NCBI GenBank assembly: GCA_010093815.1
Contig: ML996571.1
Source: Pseudovirgaria hyperparasitica
Taxonomy: Eukaryota
DNA: 32,236 bases
Direction: 5' to 3' (one strand)
A program made the translations under genes and the position numbers. Below the pieces are notes generated by a model. The model searched no databases. It was not told the origin of the DNA and worked only from the letters and a program-made list of their open reading frames with translations. Each line of letters starts with the position of its first letter. Position 1 is the stretch's first letter. Shown piece by piece: positions 22,519-32,236 of this stretch.

Positions 22519-23111
22519 ATGGTACGATGGTTTTCCAACCAGTGAACGCATGTGCTGACGCTCTACGAGTCCGCTCAACAGTCTGTCGGGATTCAAACAC
22601 TACTTGATGTGAGACGCTCCGCTCAGCAGGCTGTCTGTTAGAGACTGACGTGTTCCTAGGCCGAACGAGAGGCGCAGAAGATAGTCCAAAAAGGTGCGTA
22701 CACTGTATAAAGCCACTGTGCGGTTTCAATGCTAATATTGCTCAGCCAGAGAGTGTACGTAGCCCATTGCCGCTCCAGGGTAATTAGTTAATACATACAG
22801 ACCGAACAAAGCGGGTCAAGGATGCACGAAGTGAAGCACAGAAGGAGATAGATGAATACAAGAACCAGAAGGAAGAAGAGTTCAAGAAGTTCGAGAAGGA
22901 GGTAGGGCACCAAGAGCATCGTGCGGAAAGGCCATGACTGATATCAATTTAGCACTCAAGCGGAAACGAGAAGGCTGAGGAGGATGCTAAAAAGGACACC
23001 GATGGCAAAGTGAAAGAGATCGAGGCGATTGGCAAAAAGAGCGGAGGGAGCGTCGTTGACCAGCTACTAAAATGCGTGACGGAACCACAACCTGAAGCCC
23101 CTGCTTCATGA
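22519..23111 (+). CDS. VMA10: V-type proton ATPase subunit G, ~114 aa; exons 22519-22521, 22570-22608, 22660-22693, 22746-22754, 22801-22901, 22953-23111
   Basis: Spliced M-SAQQSVGIQTLLD-AEREAQKIVQK-ARE-YRTKRVKDARSEAQKEIDEYKNQKEEEFKKFEKE-HSSGNEKAEEDAKKDT..EPQPEAPAS*; five introns with branch-like motifs; missed by the ORF track. Confidence 0.93.
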
Positions 23112-25679
23112 TTGCTCATGACCAGAGACATATCAGGTTCGCTCTTCATCAAAGAATAGACTCGTTTACTTCGGAATAGCTACCACAGTTGATATTGCAT
23201 CTCTTACTCTGAGGATCACTCACTGCGATGTAAAGCTTGTCACCCAGACCTCACTTTGTACTCAAGTTGTCGTCAGCATTCCTATCTCACTCAGTCGCTC
23301 CCCAGGTGTACAATATAGAACTGGACTTTACGGCATTTGAACCATTACCCACACAATGAATGGCCTTCTGGTGACAGGAGGCAAAAATAAGGCTACTTGG
23401 TGTACATCTCTGTACACCCAGGTATAAATGAGAACGAGCCGCCTCTTCCCGCCACTCATGTGGCTCAAGTGCCTGCGAGAAGTAGAGATTCTTCGGGCCA
23501 AGGTAACGGTCCAGGCGGCGGGTAAATTTTAGGGGGGCCCTACTCTTAGCCGCGCGCTATTACGTAACTCTATATAAGATAGCTACTAGAAGAATAGGGG
23601 GAATTTCTCGGTTCTACTAAAATATAGAGTTAATAAACTTATAATATATAACTAGGGTCTAGTACTAGAAAAGATAACTAACCTTATAAACTTAGTAATA
23701 GTAGTATATATAGCTATACTTATTAGTAAAACCGTGATAAACGTAGAGAGTAATACTATACCTATATTCTATTCTAGAACTATTACCCTACCTATAAACG
23801 ATAGTCTACCCTCTATTAGAAATTATATAGTAGTAGTATTAAAGAAGCTTTAAAACTATAAAGTAATAGTTCTAGTAATAGTTCTAGTAATAGTCCTATA
23901 GTCTCTATATATATTTATAGGCGTGCCGTAGGCCAATTTTTTTTTTAGATATATATATAATATTATTTTAGAAATCTTAAGATTCATAGAGAGAAATATT
24001 AGAATTATTACTTAAGTATATACTTATCTATAGTCTAAATTATATAAAATAGAGAAGAAAGAAAGGATAATTTAAGAGATAGATAAATAGTTATAATAGT
24101 AATTTAAATATTATTATATATATATAGATTAAGATATACTTCTACCTAGGTATACTCTAGAAGTAGATATTATATTTAATTTCTAGTTATTATTAGGAAG
24201 ATTATATAGTTTTCTTAGAAAGAACGGTACTTTTAGAGATATAAACTTAACCTATTAATTTAGAAACCTTAAGAATAATCGTTAATTAAGTTAGAATTAA
24301 TACTTAGATATATAGTATATATTCTAAGGAACTAGTATACTATTTAGCTTCATGTATTTACTAGTAATACTTTAGAGTATTCTTAGTATTAATAATAGTC
24401 TTAAAGATCTAGATAGATATTATTATATCTAAAATATTAAGGATAGTTATATAATAGGTTAGATTTACTACTTAAGTATATATAATCTATAGTCTAGATT
24501 ATATATAAAAGAGAGTAAAGGAAAAAGAAAGATTTATAAGAGATAGATAAAAGAATATAATAGTAATTCTATTAATATTATATATATATATTAATATACT
24601 TTCTAACTAGTTGTCCTAAGGGAGTGGCGTTTCCTTTAGTTTTTAGTATTTACTAGTAATATTATAGGATCTTTTTATAATTACCGACTTTAAACTCTTT
24701 CTATATAAGAATATCTCGTTAAACCTAGGTATTTAACTAGTATATACTACTCTTACCTCCGCTATATCTTTATTATTATACTTATATTAAATTTTCCTTA
24801 CTTTATTAAGAGATTTAATCTAGTTTATTAGTCTTTCTAAACTATATTTATCTAATATTATAAAGTCTTAGAGGAATAAGGTATTATTTTTATAGAGTAT
24901 ATAGATAGCTATTATAGTCTATTTAGTTAAATAATTAGTATACTTCTAGTAGAAAAAACGAGTTCTAATATACCTTCTATTTAGAGTATAACTTCTTAAA
25001 TACCTCCTATATCTATAGGTTAATAGAATTATATAGCTATATCTAGTACTTTAGTAGTACTAGGACATCTTTTAGAAAGACTAAGGTTCTATAGTACTAG
25101 TCCTATATAAGTTAAGGAAGATCTAAGCTATACGCTCGTGCTATATCTACTAGCTATACTATATTAGTATTAGTAAATTAAATTATCTTCCCTTTTATTA
25201 TAATTTTACGGCTAATACCCTTATTCTCTTATGAATCTTAGGGTATAGCTATCTAAGACTATATTACTAAGTCGTTAATAAAAGACGTAATATTATCTAC
25301 TATATTCTACTTCTATCTTTATTTTAGTCTAGCTATAAGACTTATAATCTATTATACTACTTATTATTAAAACCGATTTACTTATATTAGATTATTAATA
25401 TTTATATTAATCTAGAAAGAATATTACTTAGATATAGTAACCTCCATGTAAAGGAGTAATAGTAGTTACTAAATTTATTAAGGATTCTAGGTTTATACTA
25501 AGGTAGCTTTGGTTTAACCGAAGCCTAAGGGTTTATTAACATTAGGAAAGATACGGCGCTCCTAAGTACTTCTAAGTACTCTCTAAGTATTCTTTTATCC
25601 TATTATATTTATTAGGTAGATCTACTTACTATCTATTCTAACGGAACGGCTTTATATAATTTATACTAAGTATTCCGCT

Positions 25680-25830
25680 TATATTAAACGTCCCGTTTAT
25701 TCTAAACGTACTAGTTATACTAAACGTCCCGTTTATACTAAACGTACTAGTTATACTAAACGTCCCGTTAGTACTAAACGTACTAGTTATACTAAACGTC
25801 CCGTTTATACTAAACGTACCGTTTATACTA
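25680..25830. repeat. 18-bp tandem repeat (~8 units), mostly alternating TATACTAAACGTCCCGTT / TATACTAAACGTACTAGT
   Basis: Read directly; the alternation gives a 36-bp higher-order period. Confidence 0.9.
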
Positions 25831-25942
25831 ACGGAATAATTAGTACTAGTTATTTTCTTAATACTAATTAGCTTACTAGTACTACTTATTTACTATATAC
25901 TAATAACTCTTATAGAATAAATAGTATCTAGTATTTTAGCTT

Positions 25943-26048
25943 CTCTATCTACTCTATCTACTCTATCTACTCTATCTACTCTATNNNNNNNNNNCTCTAT
26001 CTACTCTATCTACTCTATCTACTCTATCTACTCTATATACTCTATCTA
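25943..26048. repeat. 9-bp tandem repeat CTCTATCTA spanning an assembly gap (N10, 25985-25994)
   Basis: Read directly; true copy number unknown because of the gap. Confidence 0.92.
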
Positions 26049-26244
26049 TTTTAATAGAACTCTCCTTTCTAAAGTAATATCTTTATCTAAAGTATCTCTA
26101 TAACTCTATATATCTTATTATTCTAAATTATATCTTTAGTATATTTAATTATAGTCTTTAAATTTAATACTAGAAAGATAATATATAATAGAGAGTAGAG
26201 GTTTAAAATTAATTAGACTAGGAACTTAAATTAAATGGTACTAT

Positions 26245-26406
26245 TGTAAGAATAGGGTTATTAGATAGTAGTATAGTTAGATAGAACAATAGGGTGTATT
26301 CTATTATAGAATAAATTACTACTGAACCCTTTCGGTAGGAATCTAAGAGTATATATATAAAGGGACGCCGATCTATCTAGTACATAACTATTTACCGCCC
26401 TTTACA
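26245..26406 (-). repeat. 3' LTR (162 bp) of Ty3/Gypsy element
   Basis: TGTAA...TTACA termini and internal TATA-like tract. On the minus strand it is preceded by purine-rich GAGTTAGAAGATAA (RIPped PPT candidate). Flanking ACTAT (26240-26244) is the candidate TSD. The 5' LTR is outside the window. Confidence 0.7.
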
Positions 26407-26958
26407 TTATCTTCTAACTCTATTAGCTAAGGTATATATAGATCGGGTTCTACCTAAGGCTAAGTTCTAATAATTATCCCTTCCCTCTAGAAAGCTACCC
26501 TTAGCGACCTAGATTATTATCTATCTCTATATCCCTATTCTAAGTCTTATAAGACCTTAGTTATTCTCTACGCTTCGTCTTAGATACTTACTAATATTTA
26601 CTAATCTAAGATTTATATAAGCGTTTTCCTAACAAACTAAATTTTATCTATCTTAACTTCTTATATAGGTAAGATTACCTAATTAGGCCTAGCGTATCAC
26701 GTAATATAATTAGATAAGCCCGGGTACTACCTATATTAAAATCTTTTCTTAGAAATATTCCTTTCTTTAAAAAACTTCTTAACTCTTTATAGAGTTTTTT
26801 AGATTATTAGGTATATCACCCGATTCTTATAGATATAGATTTATATAGATTTACTATAATTTAGTACGATTTACGTAATTTACTAATTTTTATACTATCC
26901 TTAGCTAGTAATAATATAATTCGTAATAATCTATATAAATTAGTAATAATTATAATAT

Positions 26959-27938
26959 AGTTTCCTAAAATCTCGACGCTCTAAAGTAATCGGTATAGAA
27001 ATAGGCGCCTTTAAATAATCTCTATCTTATATATATTACTAATATATTAAAAGCTATTAATCTACCCTAACCTAGGCCGGGCTCTAATAATCTAGCTATA
27101 TATTATTATAGTTATCGCTTTCCATCATATATTACTCACAGTAGTACTAAATCTATAATATACAGTACTTACATAACTAAGAAGCGTTATTACTTATAGA
27201 TATTTAAGTAAGTTCGAAGAACTTTACGTAGATTTACTTATATTAGTATAGATTACTACTAGGCCTCTAGTAACCCCTACTAATAAGAAGCGTGGTACTA
27301 CCAATCGTAACACCTTAGAGAAGGCTTTCTATAAGCTATATACCTAAGGCAAGGGTTACACCTAGGAGTACGATTCTAATAAGATCCGTAAGGATTTATT
27401 AGAATCTACTATAGCTATTATTACCGCGATTACTAGGTAATATCGTTTTTCTTAAATCGTTATAGATTCTTACTAATATATATTAATCTCTATAATAGTA
27501 CTAAAATCTCTACTACTTCGGACTTCTTTCTATATACCGGTAATATTAGAATTCCTAGAAAAGGTTCTAGTAAAAAGGCTAAGGTTCCTTCCTCGCGCGT
27601 ACTAAAGAGCTATAAATTTAGGGAAGATAGCTCTAATCTAGAAGTTTCTATACTAAAGGTATATGGTTCTATACCGATTATTAAATCTTTTCGCTAATTT
27701 ATATAATTCTTAGCATACCCGCGCCGGTCCATCCCTCTCCATCCCAGGTCCCGCCGCTCTATAGGTTTCTATAGAGGAGTTTATAGCTATAAGGCGCGCT
27801 ATATAGAATTTACAGCATCAGAACGAAAGGCTAGAGACTTATATTATAAAGCTCTATACTATGCTAAATAAGAACTAGCGGAAGGAATTAGATATAACCA
27901 TCGCGGTAATTAGTACTTCTACTTCTACTCTAACTTAA
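26959..27938 (+). pseudogene. Relic spliced gene antisense to gag-pol (~250 codons; putative Cys cluster + C-terminal coiled coil)
   Basis: Candidate GT-AG introns 26993-27053, 27208-27262, 27437-27498, 27659-27713 (55-62 bp) join five exons in one frame. Exon 27499-27658 is stop-free and the others contain only TAA/TAG. Start codon not identified. Confidence 0.6.
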
Positions 27939-28293
27939 TCGGTTTAGATCTATACTAATTAGTACTAATATATCTCTTTTATCTAGCGTTTTTAGTTTTT
28001 CAGTTTTAATTTTAAAGCGATCTTACTTCTTCTAGATAGATTAGTATAAGTTTATATAGATCTATATAGATCTTTATATTTTCTTTTAGCTTTCTTAATT
28101 TTATCTTTCTTTAATAATAACTTCTTTAATCTCTTTAGTAATCTATACCAATCTATACCAATCGGCACCGACTTTCAATGTCCATTTCTCTTAGTAAATC
28201 ATTTTTCTAAGTCTCTTTTTTAGTTAAATTTTTAAAGTTCTAAGTTCAAACTTTCTAAGGAAGTTCCTTAATTCCTTAGAATGTTTTAAAGAT

Positions 28294-31200
28294 CTATATC
28301 TCTTTTACCTTCTTCCTTTTAGGCGGCCGTTCTTAGCGCTAAACTATACTAAAAAATATCGAATTGCCGTACTTTAGTATAATTCTCTATAATTCCGCGG
28401 CTTCCTTTACTAATCGCTACTTATATACTAATATCGCTACTTTACTAATGTTTATTATAGGTTCCTAAGTATCTTTATTAGGATTATATCCTTTCTAATA
28501 AATTTTATATAGCTATATACTATCTTCGGCGCGTTACTAGCTAAGTATCTACTTAACTTCGTAGATATCTATACCTTCTTACGTAACTACTTTATATAGT
28601 ATCTATTTAGAATAATCCAGTAATAATAAGGCATAAAATGGCTCGAGAAGCGTAATATAGAATATATTATATATCTTTAACGTAGGAGGGAGTTATAACT
28701 CGTACGCCTGGTTATTAATTACACGAGTAATCTTATATAGACCTATTATTATATAGTTAAGCTTCTTCTTTAGCCTAATACTACGAATATTCTTACTATT
28801 TAGTAAAACTTTATCCCTAACATTAAAGATCATAGGTTTTCTACCCTTGTTATGGTGCGATTTACTATAATTCATAGTATCTTATAGTAACTTTATAACG
28901 CTTCTTTACGTTTAGAATAGTTCTATAGTAATTTCTATTACTTTAATGTTAGGTCGTTCTACTTTAAACTAAGTTCCTAAGAACTATATATTATGGTTCT
29001 AACCGAAGTTTACTTCGAACGGACTTACGTAGGTTAACACATATCAGCTATTATTATACGCGAATTCCGCGATATAGACTAACCTTACCTAGTTATTCTA
29101 CTTATAGTTATAATATACGCGTAAATACGCCTCGACTATCTAATTCTACCGCTCTATCTATCTATCTATTTATAGGTAGAACGTAGTACTAAGTTTCCGC
29201 TTAATTCCTAGTATATAGTAGAAATCCTTCTAAAATTTAGACGTTATCTATAGATCTCTATCCGAAACTATACCATTTAGTATACCGTGGAGCCGGACTA
29301 CGTCACGGAGTAGTATATCTATAAGATCCGGTGCTTAGATCGTCTTTCTTATAGAGATATAGTATAATATCTTCGTAAATCTATCTAGAACTATAAGTAA
29401 ACTATTATAAATATGCCTAGAATACTTACTTAGGGGCAGATCTATAATAAAATCTATCAATAATTCCTTCTATACCTTCTTTAGCATAGGTAATAGCCTT
29501 AATTCGCTATATAGTAAGTGTCTATATACTTTCGTATACTGGTAAACGTTATACGTTTTTACGTAGTCTTTTATATATTTATAAAGACCCGGCTAGTCGT
29601 ACGTCCTTCGGATTAAATCGACCGTTCTTATAATACTAAAGTACCCTACTAACGCGTAATCGTGCTATTCCCTTAAAATATTAATTTATAAGCCGCCTTC
29701 CGGCACGTAGAGTCGGCCTTAGAAGTAGATNNNNNNNNNNACTAACTATCTATGTTATTCTATAACGATTTCTTATAATCTTCACGCCGCGATAGAGGAT
29801 TAGCTTTATTCTCTCTTCTAGCTTTATATAAGATTTTAAAGTTAAATATTAACATCTACTTAGCCTAACGTACTTATTAGTAATTAAGAACCTTAGTTAA
29901 TATAAAGTAACGTAGATTTATATAATCTAATAATAATTCGATCTAATATACGGAGCCTTCTAAATAATATTACTATTACTTAAAACTCTTAACGATTACG
30001 AGTAGTTCCTAGTCATGCGTGTTATAACGCGTCTCTATATTAGCTATTTTACGGGAAAAGAAAGCGACCGGGTACCATTATACCTTATCTTTTATATCTT
30101 TATATAGTTAACTAATAATTCTAGTAATTATAAATTCTAACGCATTAGTTTTAACCTAAATATACTTCTTAGAATTAAAATACCTAAGAATCGGCGTAGT
30201 TATAAAGTAATTCTTTAACGATCGGAACGTATCTCGCGCTTCCGGCGTTAACTATATCTCGACCGACTTAGCTTTACGCTATACTCGCCCACCTATAGAG
30301 ATTTTACCGCCATTCTCTATGAGTTTATTAAGCGGCGCCGTAATTCATAAGAAGCCTATAATGAATTTATAATAATAGTTCACGAAACCTATAAATGTTC
30401 TAATTTAATATATAGTAGTAGGTTCTAGCCATTCCATGATAGTCTTTACACGCTCCGGCTCCATTTTTAGACCGCTATATATCATAATAAAGCCGAGAAA
30501 CCTAACTTCTTATTAGTGAAACTCGCATTTAGATAATTTTACGTAGAGTTTATACTACCTTAGACGATTTAGCACCGATTTCACGTATTCTTTATAATCC
30601 TACATGCTATCGGAGTAAATTAGTATATCATCAAGATAAACTACGTAAATCACGTTAAGTAATCCTACGAGTATAGTATTAATATATCCTTAAAACGCTT
30701 CTAGCGCATTTATTAGCCTAAATGGTATAATAGTATACTTAAAATAACTATATCTAGTCCGAAATGCGGTTTTCTACTTATCTCCGTAACAAATTTAAAG
30801 CCGGTAATATATATCTCGTAAATCTAGCTTCGTAAAGTACTTTGCCTTCGTTAATTAGTATAAAGATTTACTAACTAGCGGTAATAGATAACGATTCTTC
30901 TTAGTCACCGTATTTAGTACCTAATAGTTAACGTATAGGCGTAAACTTCCGTCTTTCTTCTTCACGAAGAGAATAGATACGCCGGCCAATAACGTACTAT
31001 AATATATCTAGCCTCTTTCGAGGTATTCTTTAATATATTTATAAAGAACTTCGAGTTCTAGTCTCGAAAGTAGGTAAAGTAGACTATAAGGGATATCTAC
31101 TCCCTCTTCGAGCTTAATCTTTAGCTTATACGGCCCATAATTAGGGAGAAGTAACGCATCTCCTACCGAAAATATATCCGTATACTACGAATATACGTTA

Positions 31201-31808
31201 GGTAGCGTGTCTTCGCCCTAATTATTACTATCATCCTTATCTTTATCGATAATCGATAAGAACGCAAGATAGATTAGCGATAATCGGGTCCGCACGGCGA
31301 GGTTCTATGCCTCCTTACTAATAGTTATAACTTACTAGTATAATTTACCATAGTATTATTAGAACGTTAATGTCTCCTTCTAAAAATCAAGGATAGAGTT
31401 TAGGCGTCTAAGCTAAGGCATCCCTAGAATCATATTCTATTAGCTAATATTAGCCATAATAAATTCATTAGACATCTACTATTTTATTATCTTCGAGTCA
31501 TGAACTTCGTAATTCGTTATAGCTTTACCTAAAGTTCTAACTTTATATCTATTAACTATAATGGTTCGGCTAACTTTACCGAGATTATACGATAATCTAT
31601 ACTCCTTTACGAGAATTAATAAAATATAGTTATCTTCTATACTAGTGTCCACGAGGGCCTATATAGTTTTATTACCATTTACTATAGGTAACGATACTTT
31701 TAGTAATATTAGGTCTTTACTTGCCGGAAGGCGCTATAGCTCCTTCTAAGTATATATAATTTAGCTAAGAACGCGGTTAGGTCTTATATACTAGCCTATT
31801 CTTTTTTC
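28294..31808 (-). pseudogene. pol: pol polyprotein relic (protease, RT, RNase H, integrase, chromodomain)
   Basis: PR ALVDTS (de-RIP DTG) ~31650; RT KKDGSLRL ~30950, KTAFRT, YLDDILIYS ~30630; RH YPVAFFSRK ~30065; IN HDYALVG, DFIIDLP, VSDRD, IIGLYKI..AYEL ~28720; chromodomain YEVK*IL..YKIY*KGY..DT*EP..NI ~28450-28565. N10 gap at 29731-29740. End coordinate approximate. Confidence 0.92.
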
Positions 31809-32236
31809 GGATTCTTATAGTTAGGCGAAATATATTCTATTTCTCTATACTTATAGTAACGAAGTGCGCTATAATCCTACTATTTTACGATAGGCGTTAT
31901 ATTTAAGCCTATGCCTTATGCTTTTCCGCGTTAAGAAGTACCGCCTTAATTATTTCGGTATCCTCTTAACGCGTTTCTACCCTAATTTACGCTCTTCTAG
32001 CGCTAATCGCGGTAAGGTTACTCTTGATCGAACGTATTCGATCGACCTTATTTCTAACCCGTATAGGGTTCGTCGGTTTTACCTAGAGAGCCGCGTTCCT
32101 TAAGGATGCGGTAGTATTTATTAGCTTTCTCCTCTAATTTATATAGATAGTTAAAACTTAATAATACTATTTCTAGTCTTTCGTGGATTAACGGAAGTAG
32201 TACTTCGCGAAACTAGAATATATAAATATTTTTCTA
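31796..32236 (-). pseudogene. gag: gag C-terminal relic with CCHC zinc knuckle
   Basis: RYYKYREIEYISPNYKNPKKE* restores to C-x2-C-x4-H-x4-C when TAT/TAC codons are de-RIPped; stop at 31798-31796. Confidence 0.8.

Larger units (their letters stand above)
24590..26150 (-). pseudogene. RIP-inactivated ORF of unknown function with tripeptide and hexapeptide repeats
   Basis: One minus-strand frame runs from the 9-bp repeats through the 18-bp repeats to ~24850 with only TAA/TAG stops; a second frame continues to ~24590 (..KETPLP*DN*LES). Confidence 0.45.
23920..26244 (-). mobile_element. Unclassified RIP-degenerate repeat element fragment, abutting the Gypsy LTR
   Basis: Heavily RIPped, so probably repeated. 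Candidate GC-rich terminus GGCGTGCCGTAGGCCAA-T10 at 23920, an internal duplication and a relic minus-strand ORF. No transposase motif recognised; boundaries uncertain. Confidence 0.45.
23530..32236. other. AT-rich block mutated by repeat-induced point mutation (RIP)
   Basis: Abrupt TpA excess and CpA/TpG depletion with CpG largely retained; relic reading frames interrupted almost only by TAA/TAG. Confidence 0.93.
26245..32236 (-). mobile_element. Ty3/Gypsy chromovirus LTR retrotransposon, RIP-inactivated, 5' part beyond window
   Basis: Domain order gag knuckle-PR-RT-RH-IN-chromodomain on the minus strand, then ~1.9 kb of extra sequence and an LTR. Confidence 0.9.

Noticed and set aside
25680..26048. 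Tandem arrays as CRISPR or telomeric repeats
   Set aside because: No unique spacers, eukaryotic context, not TTAGGG-like.
31918..32103. 61-aa plus-strand ORF
   Set aside because: Antisense to the RIPped gag relic; chance open frame.

Overview
Filamentous ascomycete DNA with two compartments. (1) Bases 1-~23500 are GC-balanced and carry intron-containing genes. These include four of the five genes of the galactosaminogalactan (GAG) exopolysaccharide cluster known from Aspergillus fumigatus, in the same order: agd3 deacetylase (+), ega3 GH114 (+), sph3 GH135 (-), uge3 epimerase (+). The synthase gtb3 is not in the window and is expected just upstream. A Zn(II)2Cys6 transcription factor and a head-to-head PET117 / VMA10 pair follow. 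(2) Bases ~23530-32236 are an AT-rich, RIP-mutated block. It holds an unclassified element with a repeat-rich relic ORF and an adjoining chromodomain-bearing Ty3/Gypsy retrotransposon on the minus strand (gag end, -1 frameshift, PR-RT-RH-IN-CHD, 162-bp 3' LTR). The most unusual observation is a relic antisense gene between pol and the 3' LTR: four frame-consistent candidate introns, a putative Zn-cluster-like Cys motif and a C-terminal coiled coil. Also notable are a 5.9-kb gene-empty spacer between convergent ega3 and sph3, and a Sph3 with no visible membrane anchor. All gene models and de-RIP reconstructions were made by eye; no searches were run.
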